A stretch of DNA of 64,000 nt from Chloroflexota bacterium (GTDB lineage: Bacteria > Chloroflexota > UBA11872 > VXOZ01), in assembly GCA_965220175.1 (NCBI GenBank), contig OZ244814.1:300992-364991 (forward strand). Reading direction: 5' to 3'. Position 1 is the stretch's first letter. Every line of letters starts with the position of its first letter. Both the position numbers and the translations under genes were made by a program. Under the pieces are notes generated by a model. The model worked only from the letters and a program-made list of their open reading frames with translations. It was not told where the DNA came from and made no database searches. This document shows positions 18,649 to 28,995 of this stretch, one piece after another.

Positions 18649-19809
18649 ATGAAGATTACTAACGTTCGATCCACCGCCGTCCGAGTGCCGCTCAGCGAGC
18701 CGGTGAAGTGGTCGGGCGGCACGCGCGGCACGGCGCCGGCGCTCATCGTCGAGATCGAGACCGATGCGGGCATTGTCGGACTGGGCGAGTGCTCCGGGCC
18801 GCATATTCCCGTCATACAGACCGCGGTCGATGCAGAGCTCAGGCCGCTGCTCATCGGACAGGACCCGTTGCGCACGGAGTTTCTGCTCCACCGCATGGAC
18901 GAGCACGTCATTCACTGGTTCCGCACCGGCAATCATGCCATTGCCGGCCTGGAAATGGCGCTCTTGGACATCAAGGCCAAGCATTGGGGTACCAGCGTCT
19001 GCGATTTGCTCGGCGGCCGGTATCGCGACGCGGTCGACTACATGGGCTACCTCTTCATTGACACGCCGGAACGCAATGCGGCCAAAGCCAAGGCGTACGT
19101 AGACCGGGGCTTTCGCAGCCTAAAAGTGAAGGTCGGACGCAGCATCGCCCAGGACGCCGCCGGCATTGCTGCCATACGCGACGCCGTGGGCCCCGACGTG
19201 CGGATCCGCATCGACGCCAACCAGGGCTGGAGCGTGCCCACGGCCATCAAGGCCATCCGCGCCATGGAGGCCTACGGCCTGGAGTACGTGGAACAGCCGG
19301 TAACAGACCGGGACTTCGACGGCATGGCCCAGGTCGCGCAGGCCGTGGAAACGCCGGTGGCGGCAGACGAGAGCTGCAAGACCGTGTTGGACGCACTGCA
19401 ACTCGCGCAAAAGCAGGCATGCGGCGTGTTCGTCATCTATGTGTCAGAAGCCGGCGGTCTCTTGAAGTCGCGGCAGATCGCGGACATTGCCTATCAATAC
19501 GGCATTACGTGCGTGCTGGGCACGTGGGCGGAACTCGGCATCGGCACGCTGGCGGGCGCGCACCTCATCGCCAGCCACCGCAGCTTTGCCCTGGCGAACG
19601 ACACCCACTATCCCATTCAGCAGGACGACGTGATTACGCCGCTCCTGCGCATTGAAGAGGGCAGCCTGCGCCTTCCCGATGAGCCTGGTCTGGGGGCGAC
19701 ACTCGATAGAGGAAAGCTCGCCCACTTTGCAGACTTCCCGGCGCGGGAAACCGTCCACGGCGACCCGGAGAGCCCGGATACGATTCTACGCCGCGGGCAA
19801 ATCCTCTGA
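18649..19809 (+). CDS. mandelate racemase / muconate lactonizing enzyme family protein (enolase superfamily)
   Basis: Capping domain plus barrel with typical metal-ligand spacing (KVKVGR, RIDANQGW, EQP). Overall resembles enolase-superfamily racemases/dehydratases. Confidence 0.8.
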   Translation: MKITNVRSTAVRVPLSEPVKWSGGTRGTAPALIVEIETDAGIVGLGECSGPHIPVIQTAVDAELRPLLIGQDPLRTEFLLHRMDEHVIHWFRTGNHAIAGLEMALLDIKAKHWGTSVCDLLGGRYRDAVDYMGYLFIDTPERNAAKAKAYVDRGFRSLKVKVGRSIAQDAAGIAAIRDAVGPDVRIRIDANQGWSVPTAIKAIRAMEAYGLEYVEQPVTDRDFDGMAQVAQAVETPVAADESCKTVLDALQLAQKQACGVFVIYVSEAGGLLKSRQIADIAYQYGITCVLGTWAELGIGTLAGAHLIASHRSFALANDTHYPIQQDDVITPLLRIEEGSLRLPDEPGLGATLDRGKLAHFADFPARETVHGDPESPDTILRRGQIL

Positions 19810-19848
19810 TTAAGGGCCATTTCACAATTCGGATCGACGTGCCAACTC

Positions 19849-19986
19849 GTGCTGAGCTTGTCGAAGCCCGAACGGATTGTTCGCCTTTCCGTTCGCCCCC
19901 CGTATCATCCGATACAGCGCTTCGGCGCACGGGGCAGGCTCTGAGCACATCGACAAGCTCGGTGCAGGCCTGTCGAAGGGCGGGTC
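19849..19986. repeat. Family B repeats (GTGCTGAGCTTGTCGAAG ... CTGAGCACATCGACAAGCTC ... GCCTGTCGAAGGGC)
   Basis: Direct and inverted copies of the GAGCTTGTCGAAG / CTTCGACAAGCTC core. Confidence 0.65.
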
Positions 19987-20080
19987 CGCACAGAGCAATA
20001 TACCTATGAGTTGAGTGCTCGCACTCTTGCCGTGAAGGCGTAGTTGCCGGGCACGTTAGAGAAAAGGCTTTTGCAGAAGC

Positions 20081-21028
20081 TCAGCCCTCCGCAAATTCCT
20101 CTCGCTTGAGCTGGTCCGGGCCCGCGCCGTACCAGGTGAGCTGCTTGGCGATGCTCCACCAGGGATTCCAGGCCTCCACGCGGACGCGCCGCAACGAAAA
20201 GAGCGTCTCGGCTGATTGATGCACGCCGGGGCCGATTGCCACTGCCGCTTCGTAGCCCGCCTCCCGCACTACCTGCCGGATCTGCTCATTCTGGTAGCCA
20301 CGCGGATAGTCGAAGTAGCGCGTCGTCTTGCCAAGCCGCTCCTCCAGGAGTTGTTTGGAAATGACAACCTCCGCCAGCACCGCGCCCCAGTCCGTCTTTG
20401 CAAGCAGGGGCAGATCAGCATGATTCAGGGTGTGCGACTCCACCTCCATGCCAAAGTCCGCGATGGCGCCAAGTTGGTCCCAGTCCATGTAGCCCTCTTG
20501 GCGCTCATGGAATCCCGGCATTACAAAGAACGTCGCCGGTATCTTGTACTGCTTGAGCACGGGAAAGACCGCGTCGTACTGTATCCGCCAACCGTCGTCG
20601 AACGAAAGCACAATCGGCATGGCGGGCAGTTCTTCTTCTCCCAGTAGTCCCTTTACCGCATTGTGCAAGGAGAGCGGCCGGTAACCGGCAGTAAGCATGG
20701 CGACGAGTTGCGCTTCGAAGACTTTTGCCGCCGTGGCGCGATGGTACATGAGGATCGGTAAGACGACCGGATTCTCCGGCAGGGCCGGTTCAGGCTGGTA
20801 GGGCGGCTGCCAGTACACCGGCTGGGCCGGGGCAGGGCTTCCAATCTGTGGAACCGGCTTTTGAACAGGCGCAGCGGGCTGATCACGGACAAGACTAATG
20901 TCATCGTCGCCGGTGTCAGCCAGAGCCGTCACAGGCAGCAAGCCCGCCATCGGGACCGCCACCGCAGCCTGCAGCAGCCGCCGGAGCACATCCCGACGCG
21001 AACTGCCAGCGCCTACGCCATTGCCCAT
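20081..21028 (-). CDS. secreted polysaccharide deacetylase (NodB domain) with Tat signal
   Basis: SRRDVLRRLL twin-arginine signal. SFDDGW and HTLNHADL NodB motifs. Confidence 0.8.
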   Translation of the reverse strand: MGNGVGAGSSRRDVLRRLLQAAVAVPMAGLLPVTALADTGDDDISLVRDQPAAPVQKPVPQIGSPAPAQPVYWQPPYQPEPALPENPVVLPILMYHRATAAKVFEAQLVAMLTAGYRPLSLHNAVKGLLGEEELPAMPIVLSFDDGWRIQYDAVFPVLKQYKIPATFFVMPGFHERQEGYMDWDQLGAIADFGMEVESHTLNHADLPLLAKTDWGAVLAEVVISKQLLEERLGKTTRYFDYPRGYQNEQIRQVVREAGYEAAVAIGPGVHQSAETLFSLRRVRVEAWNPWWSIAKQLTWYGAGPDQLKREEFAEG

Positions 21029-21277
21029 GTTGCACCGTCCCGCCGCGGCAAACAGCTACGCCTGCTGTGAATTGCCGCCATCCTTCCTGATACCCCCACC
21101 ATACTACTCTCCGGAGCTCTGCGCACCCCCTCTTCGTCGTTTCTTGCCCTCACAGACGGATGCGCCGCGGGAGAACACTCCGTCTCGAGCGGACATTGCT
21201 GCCGGCACGTTGCCGCAATCTCAACGAAGGCGTTTTCTCCTCGCTATGTGACTCATTCAGCCAGGTCTCAGGTATGA

Positions 21278-23935
21278 TTGACACAATTAACAATAGTGTG
21301 GTGGTGTGTAGAAATGGGGAACCGACCCGTCGCGTCCTGGCTTATGGGCATTAGCGCTCACGTGATGCAAGCAATCGGCCACAGCGTCGTAGGGTGGCGC
21401 CCGCGAAATCGCTTGGGGCGTCAGGCGGTACGCGGCTGTGTCTTGCTCGTCGGCATGTTTGTCGTCGCCTGCGGTCCGCAGATAGCGCCGGGCAGCAACG
21501 TCGTCACGGACGCCGACTACGCCGCGTGCCTGGAGCAAATTCAAAACCAAGCGCTGCCGGCGACCAGCTACATTTACGACCGCCACGGCACCCTGCTCGC
21601 CACAGTCACCGATCCGGATGAGGGCCTGCGCATAGTTCTCGCATCCGAAGACATTCCTCTCGTCATCAAGCAGGCCACCATCGCTGCCGAGGACCGCTTC
21701 TTCTACCAGCACCCGGGCTACGACATGCGCGCCATTACCCGCGCCTGGGTCCAGAATCAACAGGCCGGCGAGGTCGTTTCCGGCGGCAGCACGATCACCC
21801 AGCAACTCGTCAAGAATATCTGTCTGACGCCGGAGCAGACGTATGACCGGAAGCTGCGCGAGATCAACCTCGCGGCGCGGCTGACGGCGCAGTTCAGCCG
21901 GGAATCCATCCTCACGTTCTACCTCAACAAGGTCTACTACGGCAGCCAGGCCTATGGCATCGAGGCCGCGGCCAACGTGTTCTTCGGCAAACAGGCAATA
22001 GACTTGACGCTGTCGGAAGCCGCCCTGCTTGCCGGCTTGACCCAGTCGCCCTCGCGCGACAATCCCTATACGAATGCCGACAGGGCGAAGGCCCGGCAGC
22101 GGTACGTGCTCGAGCAGATGGTGGTGGCCGGCTACATCACACCAGCCGAGCTGGAGGAGGCGTTCGAGGAGCCGTTGGAGTACAAGCGCAAGCAGCAAGA
22201 GGCAGCCGCAGGCGAGGATGGAGCAATCACAGAGGACGAGGAAGCTACGGATAGCACGGTGCTGGCGCCGCACTTCGTGCAATTCGTGCGGAACCAGCTA
22301 GCGGAGCATTATGGAGCCGAGCGCGTTCGTCAGGGCGGTTTGCATGTGTACACCACGCTCGATCTGAATATGCAAAACATCGCGGAAGAAGCCGCACGAG
22401 AGCACATTGCTACTCTTGAAGGCTTCAACGTTTCAAACGCCGCCGTTGTAGCGATCAGACCCAAAAGCGGCGAAATCCTCACCATGGTCGGTAGCCTGGA
22501 CTTTCACGATGAAGACATCGACGGACAGGTGAACGTGGCATTAGCGCCGCGTCAGCCGGGTTCGGCCCTTAAACCGCTCTTCTACGCGGCGGCCTTCGAG
22601 AGAGGCTGGACGCCGGCCACCACGATCTGGGACGTCCCGACGGCAATTGCAATCCCCAACGAGCCCACCTATGCGCCGCGCAACTTCAGTGGAGAGTTTA
22701 AGGGCCCTGTCACCGTGCGCCATGCCCTGGCCAACTCCTTCAATGTCGCCGCGGTGCGCATGGGCCTCTTTCTCGGTCTCGAAACGGCTATCGACACCAT
22801 GCAGAGCCTGGGCATGACGACCTTTGAGGACCGCAGCCGCTTCGGCCCCAGCATTGTGCTCGGCGGCGGCGAGGTGAAGCTGCTGGAGTTGACGAATGCC
22901 TATTCCGTGCTGGCGCGCGGCGGCAGCTACATTCCCGTGTCCGCCATTCGGCGCGTGGTCGATGGCCGCGGCAATGTGCTGGAGCGCTATGAATATCCGG
23001 AAGTCCAAGACGTGTTCGATCCGCGCATTGCGTACCAGATCACCCATATCCTCTCCGACAGCAAGACGCGGGCAGCGGAGTTTGGACCGTGGACGCCGCT
23101 CGATCTCAGCCGCCCTGCCGCGGCCAAGACCGGAACCACCGACGATAACCGTGACGGCTGGACGATTGGCTACACGCCGCAACTCGTCACCGGCGTTTGG
23201 GTGGGAAATTCCGACGGGACGCCTACGTGGAACCTGACCGGCATGCGCGGAGCGACGCCCATCTGGAATGCTTTCATGGAAGCGGCGCTTGCCGACACGC
23301 GGGTGCTTAGCTTTGAAGAGCCGAGGGGACTGGTGGAGGTGGAGGTCTGCACGCAAACCGGCTTGCTGCCAACGCCGTATTGCGGGCCGACCCACAGCGA
23401 GATCTTCCTTAAGGAAAACGTCCCGCGGCTGGTAGACAACATTTTCGTGCCGTTCCGCGTGCACAAGGAATCCGGTCTGCGCGCCGGCCCCAACGTGCCG
23501 GCCTCGCAGACAGAGGTGCGCGTCTTCATGGTCGTGCCGGAAGAAGCACAAGAGTGGGCCGCCGCGGAAGCAGTGGCGGTGGCGCCCACCGAGGAACACA
23601 GCCTGCCGCCGGATGATCCCGTGATCATTCTGCATCCCCGCGACGGCGATACCGTGCGCAGTATCCTGGAAATTCGCGGCAATGCGTTCTTCCCGGGATT
23701 CCAGTCGTACGAAGTATCCTATGCCGGGCAAGCCAACCCGGACATGTGGGTGCGCATCAGGTACTCTACGGAGCCAACCGCCAATGACGTGTTGGCGGCA
23801 TGGGACACGGCGCAGAATCCCGATGGCGTGTACACCGTGCGCCTGATCGGACAGGATGCCGATGGGGGACAGAGAGTGCGCATGGTGACGTTTGCGATTC
23901 AGAATTCCGAAGTGGCGGCGGACGGCGAAGAATAG
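21278..23935 (+). CDS. class A penicillin-binding protein (PBP1A-type transglycosylase/transpeptidase)
   Basis: GT51 motifs EDRFFYQHPG and GGSTITQQLVKN. Transpeptidase SxxK (SALKP). N-terminal TM segment. 885 aa with C-terminal extension. Confidence 0.85.
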   Translation: MTQLTIVWWCVEMGNRPVASWLMGISAHVMQAIGHSVVGWRPRNRLGRQAVRGCVLLVGMFVVACGPQIAPGSNVVTDADYAACLEQIQNQALPATSYIYDRHGTLLATVTDPDEGLRIVLASEDIPLVIKQATIAAEDRFFYQHPGYDMRAITRAWVQNQQAGEVVSGGSTITQQLVKNICLTPEQTYDRKLREINLAARLTAQFSRESILTFYLNKVYYGSQAYGIEAAANVFFGKQAIDLTLSEAALLAGLTQSPSRDNPYTNADRAKARQRYVLEQMVVAGYITPAELEEAFEEPLEYKRKQQEAAAGEDGAITEDEEATDSTVLAPHFVQFVRNQLAEHYGAERVRQGGLHVYTTLDLNMQNIAEEAAREHIATLEGFNVSNAAVVAIRPKSGEILTMVGSLDFHDEDIDGQVNVALAPRQPGSALKPLFYAAAFERGWTPATTIWDVPTAIAIPNEPTYAPRNFSGEFKGPVTVRHALANSFNVAAVRMGLFLGLETAIDTMQSLGMTTFEDRSRFGPSIVLGGGEVKLLELTNAYSVLARGGSYIPVSAIRRVVDGRGNVLERYEYPEVQDVFDPRIAYQITHILSDSKTRAAEFGPWTPLDLSRPAAAKTGTTDDNRDGWTIGYTPQLVTGVWVGNSDGTPTWNLTGMRGATPIWNAFMEAALADTRVLSFEEPRGLVEVEVCTQTGLLPTPYCGPTHSEIFLKENVPRLVDNIFVPFRVHKESGLRAGPNVPASQTEVRVFMVVPEEAQEWAAAEAVAVAPTEEHSLPPDDPVIILHPRDGDTVRSILEIRGNAFFPGFQSYEVSYAGQANPDMWVRIRYSTEPTANDVLAAWDTAQNPDGVYTVRLIGQDADGGQRVRMVTFAIQNSEVAADGEE

Positions 23936-24165
23936 GCGGAAGTTTCGCCGCCATCTTGCTATACTAGGGGAGGATATCCGGCCGGCCGGATATCCGTATG
24001 CTGTCTAGAATTTGGTCTCAGGAAGCAGAGTGGGGGACTCTCTTCCAACCGGCGCACGTGCGGGCTTGGTTCCACCGCCGAGCGTGTGTTGGGCTGCCGG
24101 AATTGGTGTGCGTTCGCGGGCGGCGGTAACGTCACCCGTCTCAGTAAAGGGAGAGCGGCCTTGTC

Positions 24166-25314
24166 ATGGCTACCAAAGTAATTCCCGGCCTTGAAGGTGT
24201 TGCTGCGGCAGAGACGCGGCTGAGCTATGTTGACGGTCTCGCCGGTGAGCTCTTTATCGGCGGGCATCCGCTCATGGAGCTTGCTCCCCATGCGACGTTT
24301 GAAGAGGCCGCGTTTCTCTTGTGGCACGACCGGCTCCCCAACGAAGCAGAGCTTGCGGCCCTCAAGTCCCGCTTCCGGGGTGGCCAAGAACTCCCGCGCA
24401 CCACCAAGCACGTGCTTGAAGCTGCAGCCGCGCGGAAAGCGCCCGTGATCGACGCGCTCCGCATGGCGTGTGCGACACTCTCCCTTGGAGATGCTAACCC
24501 GGATGATATCACTCCTGAAGGGCAGTTGCGCCGCGCAGAAAGGATTTGTGCGGCGTTTCCCGTTATTGTGGCAAACTACGTGCGCGTCCGAGAAGGGAAG
24601 GACGTGGTTGCGCCGTGTGATGACTTCGGCCAAGCCGCCAACTACCTTTACATGCTGAACGGCGAAGAGCCGCATGCCGACTTCGTGCGCGCCATGGATA
24701 CCTATCTCGTTACCGCCATGGACCACGGCATGAATGCCTCCACTTTCACGGGAAGAGTGATCGTTTCCACTGAGTCCGACCTATATTCGGCCATTACAGG
24801 CGCCATCGGCGCGTTGAAAGGGCCTGCCCACGGCGGCGCGCCCGGACCCGCGCTGGACATGGTGTTCGAAATTGGTACGGCGGATCGCGCCGATGCGAAC
24901 ATCCGCGAGCGACTTGAAAGGGGCGAGCGCTTGATGGGCTTCGGCCACCGCGTCTACAAGGTCCGCGATCCCCGCGCCGACGTGCTCTCGCAGGCGGCGG
25001 AACGGCTCTACGAACAGGCCGGCGACCGCACCCTCTACGATCTCGCGCGTGCAGTCGAGGAGACTGCGCTGCGCCTCCTGGAGGAATACAAGCCGGGCCG
25101 CAATCTGCAGACGAACCTCGAATACTACACGGCGCTGGTGCTGCACGGTGTCGGACTTTCCGCCGAACTCTTCACGCCCACGTTCGCCGTGGGCCGCGTC
25201 GGCGGCTGGTCGGCCCACTGCCTGGAGCAACTCTCGCACAACCGGCTCATCCGTCCTTCCTCGGTGTACACCGGACCGAAAGACCGCCGCTGGCTGCCGC
25301 TGGAGCAGCGCTAG
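24166..25314 (+). CDS. citrate synthase
   Basis: GFGHRVYK motif and overall citrate-synthase architecture. 382 aa (short form). Confidence 0.85.
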   Translation: MATKVIPGLEGVAAAETRLSYVDGLAGELFIGGHPLMELAPHATFEEAAFLLWHDRLPNEAELAALKSRFRGGQELPRTTKHVLEAAAARKAPVIDALRMACATLSLGDANPDDITPEGQLRRAERICAAFPVIVANYVRVREGKDVVAPCDDFGQAANYLYMLNGEEPHADFVRAMDTYLVTAMDHGMNASTFTGRVIVSTESDLYSAITGAIGALKGPAHGGAPGPALDMVFEIGTADRADANIRERLERGERLMGFGHRVYKVRDPRADVLSQAAERLYEQAGDRTLYDLARAVEETALRLLEEYKPGRNLQTNLEYYTALVLHGVGLSAELFTPTFAVGRVGGWSAHCLEQLSHNRLIRPSSVYTGPKDRRWLPLEQR

Positions 25315-25748
25315 GATTTTTGCATTCAGACCCGGCTGTGCAGGCAGCCGCCTCGTTTGCTTCAAATAGCCGTTGTCAGTTTGGCAGGTATTCTCTGTAG
25401 CGGGATCAGTCGATTCACGTTTGATTTCCTCATCGGATTAGGCTTCATGTCATTCCGAGCGTAGCGAGGAATCTAAAATGCCCCCAATTCTAGATTCTTC
25501 GTCGCTGCGCTCCTCAGAATGACATTTGCGAGTTGGCTCAGATCTAGGACGATCACTTGTCTTACCTTTGGCTACGCCAAGCCCAAGTCTGCAAATTCCG
25601 ATCTGAAGTTCCCTTGACACCTGCCGTATTTCGCTGCAACCTATAAGGCAATATCGGCGTGAGGTGCGCAAGCAGCGCGTGGGGGACTTTGAGAATCCAG
25701 TCAAGCAGTGCGTATCTCAATTGGAGAGCATGTAGAGGAGCAATTCTC

Positions 25749-27119
25749 ATGTTGAAAAAGCGATTTTCGCGGCGCGCATTTCTTGGTTCTACCACGGCGG
25801 TAGGAGGCGCAGCGATCCTGGCGGCTTGCGGCGCCCAGACCGGCGCCATGCCGGCAGAAGAGATGCCTGCCAAGCAGGAAGAGGAGGCCAAAGCTGAGAT
25901 GGCTCCCAAAGAGGAGCCGGTACAGCTCATCTATCTCTCACGAGACTCCGCCTCAACCACTGAGAAGGTGCGCGCCTACTTCGACACCTACGAGGCCGAG
26001 ACACCCAACGTCAAGATCGAGCTGCAGAACCTCGCCAGTGTAGGCGAGGCGGAGACGAAGCTCAAGGTCGCGGCGGCGGCGGGCGTGCCCATCGACTTCC
26101 TCCGCTGCAGTTGGGGTTCCTATCTCGACTTGGCGGAAGCAGAAGTGCTCTCGCCATTGGATGATTTCTTTAAGCGCGACGGCTTGGTTCCCACCGAGAT
26201 TTTCACACCCGCTACGCTGACACAGTGGCTGGACAAAGGCATCTTGTGGGGCATGCCCGGATCCGGCAACTGCGACGCCCTGCTCATGAACAAGCAATTG
26301 CTTGACAATGCCGGTCTGGATGCGCCCTCCGCCGACCCGGCGGACGCATCCTGGACAATGGACAAGTTCCTGGAATACGGCAAAGCCATGACCCAGGGCG
26401 ATCAACAGTTCGGTCACACCGGCGGGGTCTCGGCGTTCAACGTTTCCGGCATCGCTACCGGCACCTACTTCGGCGAATTCTGCTGGAACGTGGAAGAAGA
26501 GCGCGGCAACATGGACCACCCGGTGTTCATCGAAGCGCTGCAGTATTGGCGTGACCTGCGCGACAAGCACCAGGTTGTGCCCAATGCGGACCAGTCCGCC
26601 GCCCTCAGAGGCGAACAGCACATTTGGCAAACCGGCAAAGTCGGTTTCCACATTACTAACGGCTACAAGCCGGCGGTGGAATTCGAGGTGATCGGCGCGG
26701 CCCTGCCGTATACGGGCGAAGCGCCGAACAAGTCCGGCCGCGCCTGGTACCCGGCCATCCTGATGGGCGTCGGTGAAAAGGTGGACCACGCCTGGAACGT
26801 GCTGAAGTGGATGATGTCCGGCGAAAATAGCGTTGGCTACACGTTGGCGGTAAACCACACCATCAGCCCCGTCGCCGCAGTTTCCACGCTGCCCGCGGAG
26901 CGGCTGAAGGCAGAGACGGGCTACGATTCGGTTGCCCACGCCAATCAGTCAGCGTATAGCGGTCCGGCCGGCTGGGGCTTGCTGCGCTACACCACGTGGG
27001 GTGAATGGCGCACCGAAATCAAGCCGGTTTACGATGAGTTCAACGCGGGCAACATGACCGCCGAGGAATACGGCCGCGCCGCCACCGATCTGCTGAACGC
27101 GATCATTATTCAAGAGTAG
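25749..27119 (+). CDS. ABC transporter substrate-binding lipoprotein (carbohydrate-type SBP family 1)
   Basis: GAGGAG RBS. MLKKRFSRRAFLGSTTAVGGAAILAACG Tat-type signal with lipobox. Body typical of extracellular solute-binding proteins. Confidence 0.75.
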   Translation: MLKKRFSRRAFLGSTTAVGGAAILAACGAQTGAMPAEEMPAKQEEEAKAEMAPKEEPVQLIYLSRDSASTTEKVRAYFDTYEAETPNVKIELQNLASVGEAETKLKVAAAAGVPIDFLRCSWGSYLDLAEAEVLSPLDDFFKRDGLVPTEIFTPATLTQWLDKGILWGMPGSGNCDALLMNKQLLDNAGLDAPSADPADASWTMDKFLEYGKAMTQGDQQFGHTGGVSAFNVSGIATGTYFGEFCWNVEEERGNMDHPVFIEALQYWRDLRDKHQVVPNADQSAALRGEQHIWQTGKVGFHITNGYKPAVEFEVIGAALPYTGEAPNKSGRAWYPAILMGVGEKVDHAWNVLKWMMSGENSVGYTLAVNHTISPVAAVSTLPAERLKAETGYDSVAHANQSAYSGPAGWGLLRYTTWGEWRTEIKPVYDEFNAGNMTAEEYGRAATDLLNAIIIQE

Positions 27120-27386
27120 CGGCGAGTACTGCGATTTCCCGGCAAAAGAGGGTGAGCAGTCGCTAGGAGAGAGTGCTAACTGAGAAACTGTGTGCACTCG
27201 TAACGTTCGCCGTGAGCTTGTCGAAGGGCCGTTCATGCTTCGACACGCTCAGCACGAACGGTTTTCCTATGCTCTGCAGAATTCCTCTGAGGTAGAAATG
27301 TAAAGAGGCGGGAGGCCAAGCCTCCCGCCTCTTGCTGATGTCACCGCGCAACTGCTGAGCCAGCAGCACGCGCCGATTGTCTGACG

Positions 27387-28745
27387 TCAGGCAGTAGATT
27401 CCGTTTCTTCTCCCTCCTCCGATTGAGCCTTTTCGCTCCGGTATTCCTCCAAGCATTCAATGACAATCCTGTTGATCTCAGGGAACTGGCCTTGGGCGAA
27501 ATCATCGAGTCTGCCTGAAATGGTCCGGCGAATCCTCTCCTCGTCCCACCAGTGCTCGTAGTCCGAACTCTCCAGAATGCCCCGCTTAAAGGGCAGTTCG
27601 ATGTAGTCTTCGGAATACCCTGGCAGCGGGCCTTTGAACATCCCGGGGTCTGCCTTGACACGATCGAGTAGCCTTTTCTTCAGATCCTCAGGGCCTCTCT
27701 TGGCAAAGACAAGGAACAGGCCCGCCGCGTTGTTCGTGACACGAACCTGAAAAAGCAGTAGGCTGTGAGGCCAACAGTCAATCTTGAGCTCCTCGTATCT
27801 GTCCCAATCGGTGGAGACAAACCGGGCGTACGGACGATTGCTCGTGCCTTTCTTCCATTCCTTGTGCTTGCTGACCTCCTCGCCCACCATGTGGTATCCC
27901 TCGCTCACGTAGTTGGGCTCGTACCGGTCCCGGTGCTCGATTATGAGATCGATGGCCTTCTTATGTTTCCGGTAGATTTTACGGGCCAGCTCGTGTACAT
28001 CGTCGCTGACTTCGGGCACGATATTTCTCCTTAATGTGATCGCGTATTGACGCAGCGCGGCGGCAACGTCCTGGTGAACAGCGGCGCCCTTTGCCTCGAT
28101 TGTCCGGTCAAGTATTCGCCGAATGCGCGAGTAGTCAAGCGTAGTCCAATGGTCCCATTCCGTTGCGTTTTCGGGCATGTCCCCTCTCGGCGTGAGAAAC
28201 ACCAGGCGCATCGTGTAGTCTGGGTAATGCTCCTTGAGCGCCTGCCGGTAGAAGGCCAGTTGATTGCCGCTTTCCGGCGACCACACTTTGTTTTCCACCG
28301 CGCACAGGAATCCGGCTTGCTCGTTGTGGATGCAGATGTCCAACCGGCCGCTTTCCCCGTCAAGTTCGAGGTTTTGCTCCCGGCACACCGTGGTGCTAAT
28401 CCGGGCGCCGGCGCGGGCGGCGCCGATTTCGACAAGGAACTCCCTGAGGAAATAATCGTCAAGGCCGTGATTGTCTCCAGGGCGCAGCAGCCAGGCGAGG
28501 AAATCGGAATGAAATTTTTCGATATCAACCAATCCCAAGGTCCTGAAGACGTCCACCTCCTCTTGCCACTTTGGAATCATAGCCGCTAACCGCGCCAGAT
28601 CCTCTCCGTCCTCCGCCAAGCGCCGCAAGGACCGGTGGGCCGCTTCATTCTCAAGAATGAAGAGTTGCTCAAGGTCTCCTAGGTCGTTCTGAAGCTCTTC
28701 TAAAGCGCCAGTCAGCTCGGAGCTTAGACTGCCGTCAGTCGCCAT
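27387..28745 (-). CDS. PD-(D/E)XK nuclease superfamily protein (about 450 aa) in a locally low-GC patch
   Basis: LDICIHNEQAGFLCAVENKVW contains a D...E-x-K restriction-endonuclease-like motif in the N-terminal half. Long C-terminal region of unknown function. Start taken at MATDGS (the ORF could start 29 codons earlier). Confidence 0.55.
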   Translation of the reverse strand: MATDGSLSSELTGALEELQNDLGDLEQLFILENEAAHRSLRRLAEDGEDLARLAAMIPKWQEEVDVFRTLGLVDIEKFHSDFLAWLLRPGDNHGLDDYFLREFLVEIGAARAGARISTTVCREQNLELDGESGRLDICIHNEQAGFLCAVENKVWSPESGNQLAFYRQALKEHYPDYTMRLVFLTPRGDMPENATEWDHWTTLDYSRIRRILDRTIEAKGAAVHQDVAAALRQYAITLRRNIVPEVSDDVHELARKIYRKHKKAIDLIIEHRDRYEPNYVSEGYHMVGEEVSKHKEWKKGTSNRPYARFVSTDWDRYEELKIDCWPHSLLLFQVRVTNNAAGLFLVFAKRGPEDLKKRLLDRVKADPGMFKGPLPGYSEDYIELPFKRGILESSDYEHWWDEERIRRTISGRLDDFAQGQFPEINRIVIECLEEYRSEKAQSEEGEETESTA

Positions 28746-28995
28746 AGCATTCTCATTTGTAAAGAGATAAATACGTGCGAGGAAGGATGTGACGAGTCTG
28801 CCAAATCCCCGTTTCAGGCAGGAGTATATCACTCACGCACAGTGAGCGGAGGAATTCCCGTGATCTGAACTTACCAGTTTTAGGCAATAGTGCGCCGGTC
28901 GTTGGTCACGACCCGGAGACCCGCTGGCATTTGACCTGCGAGCGGTGCTCAACCTGAAACGGCTGGCTCCCATTGCGTGGTTTGCAAAGAGGCTC

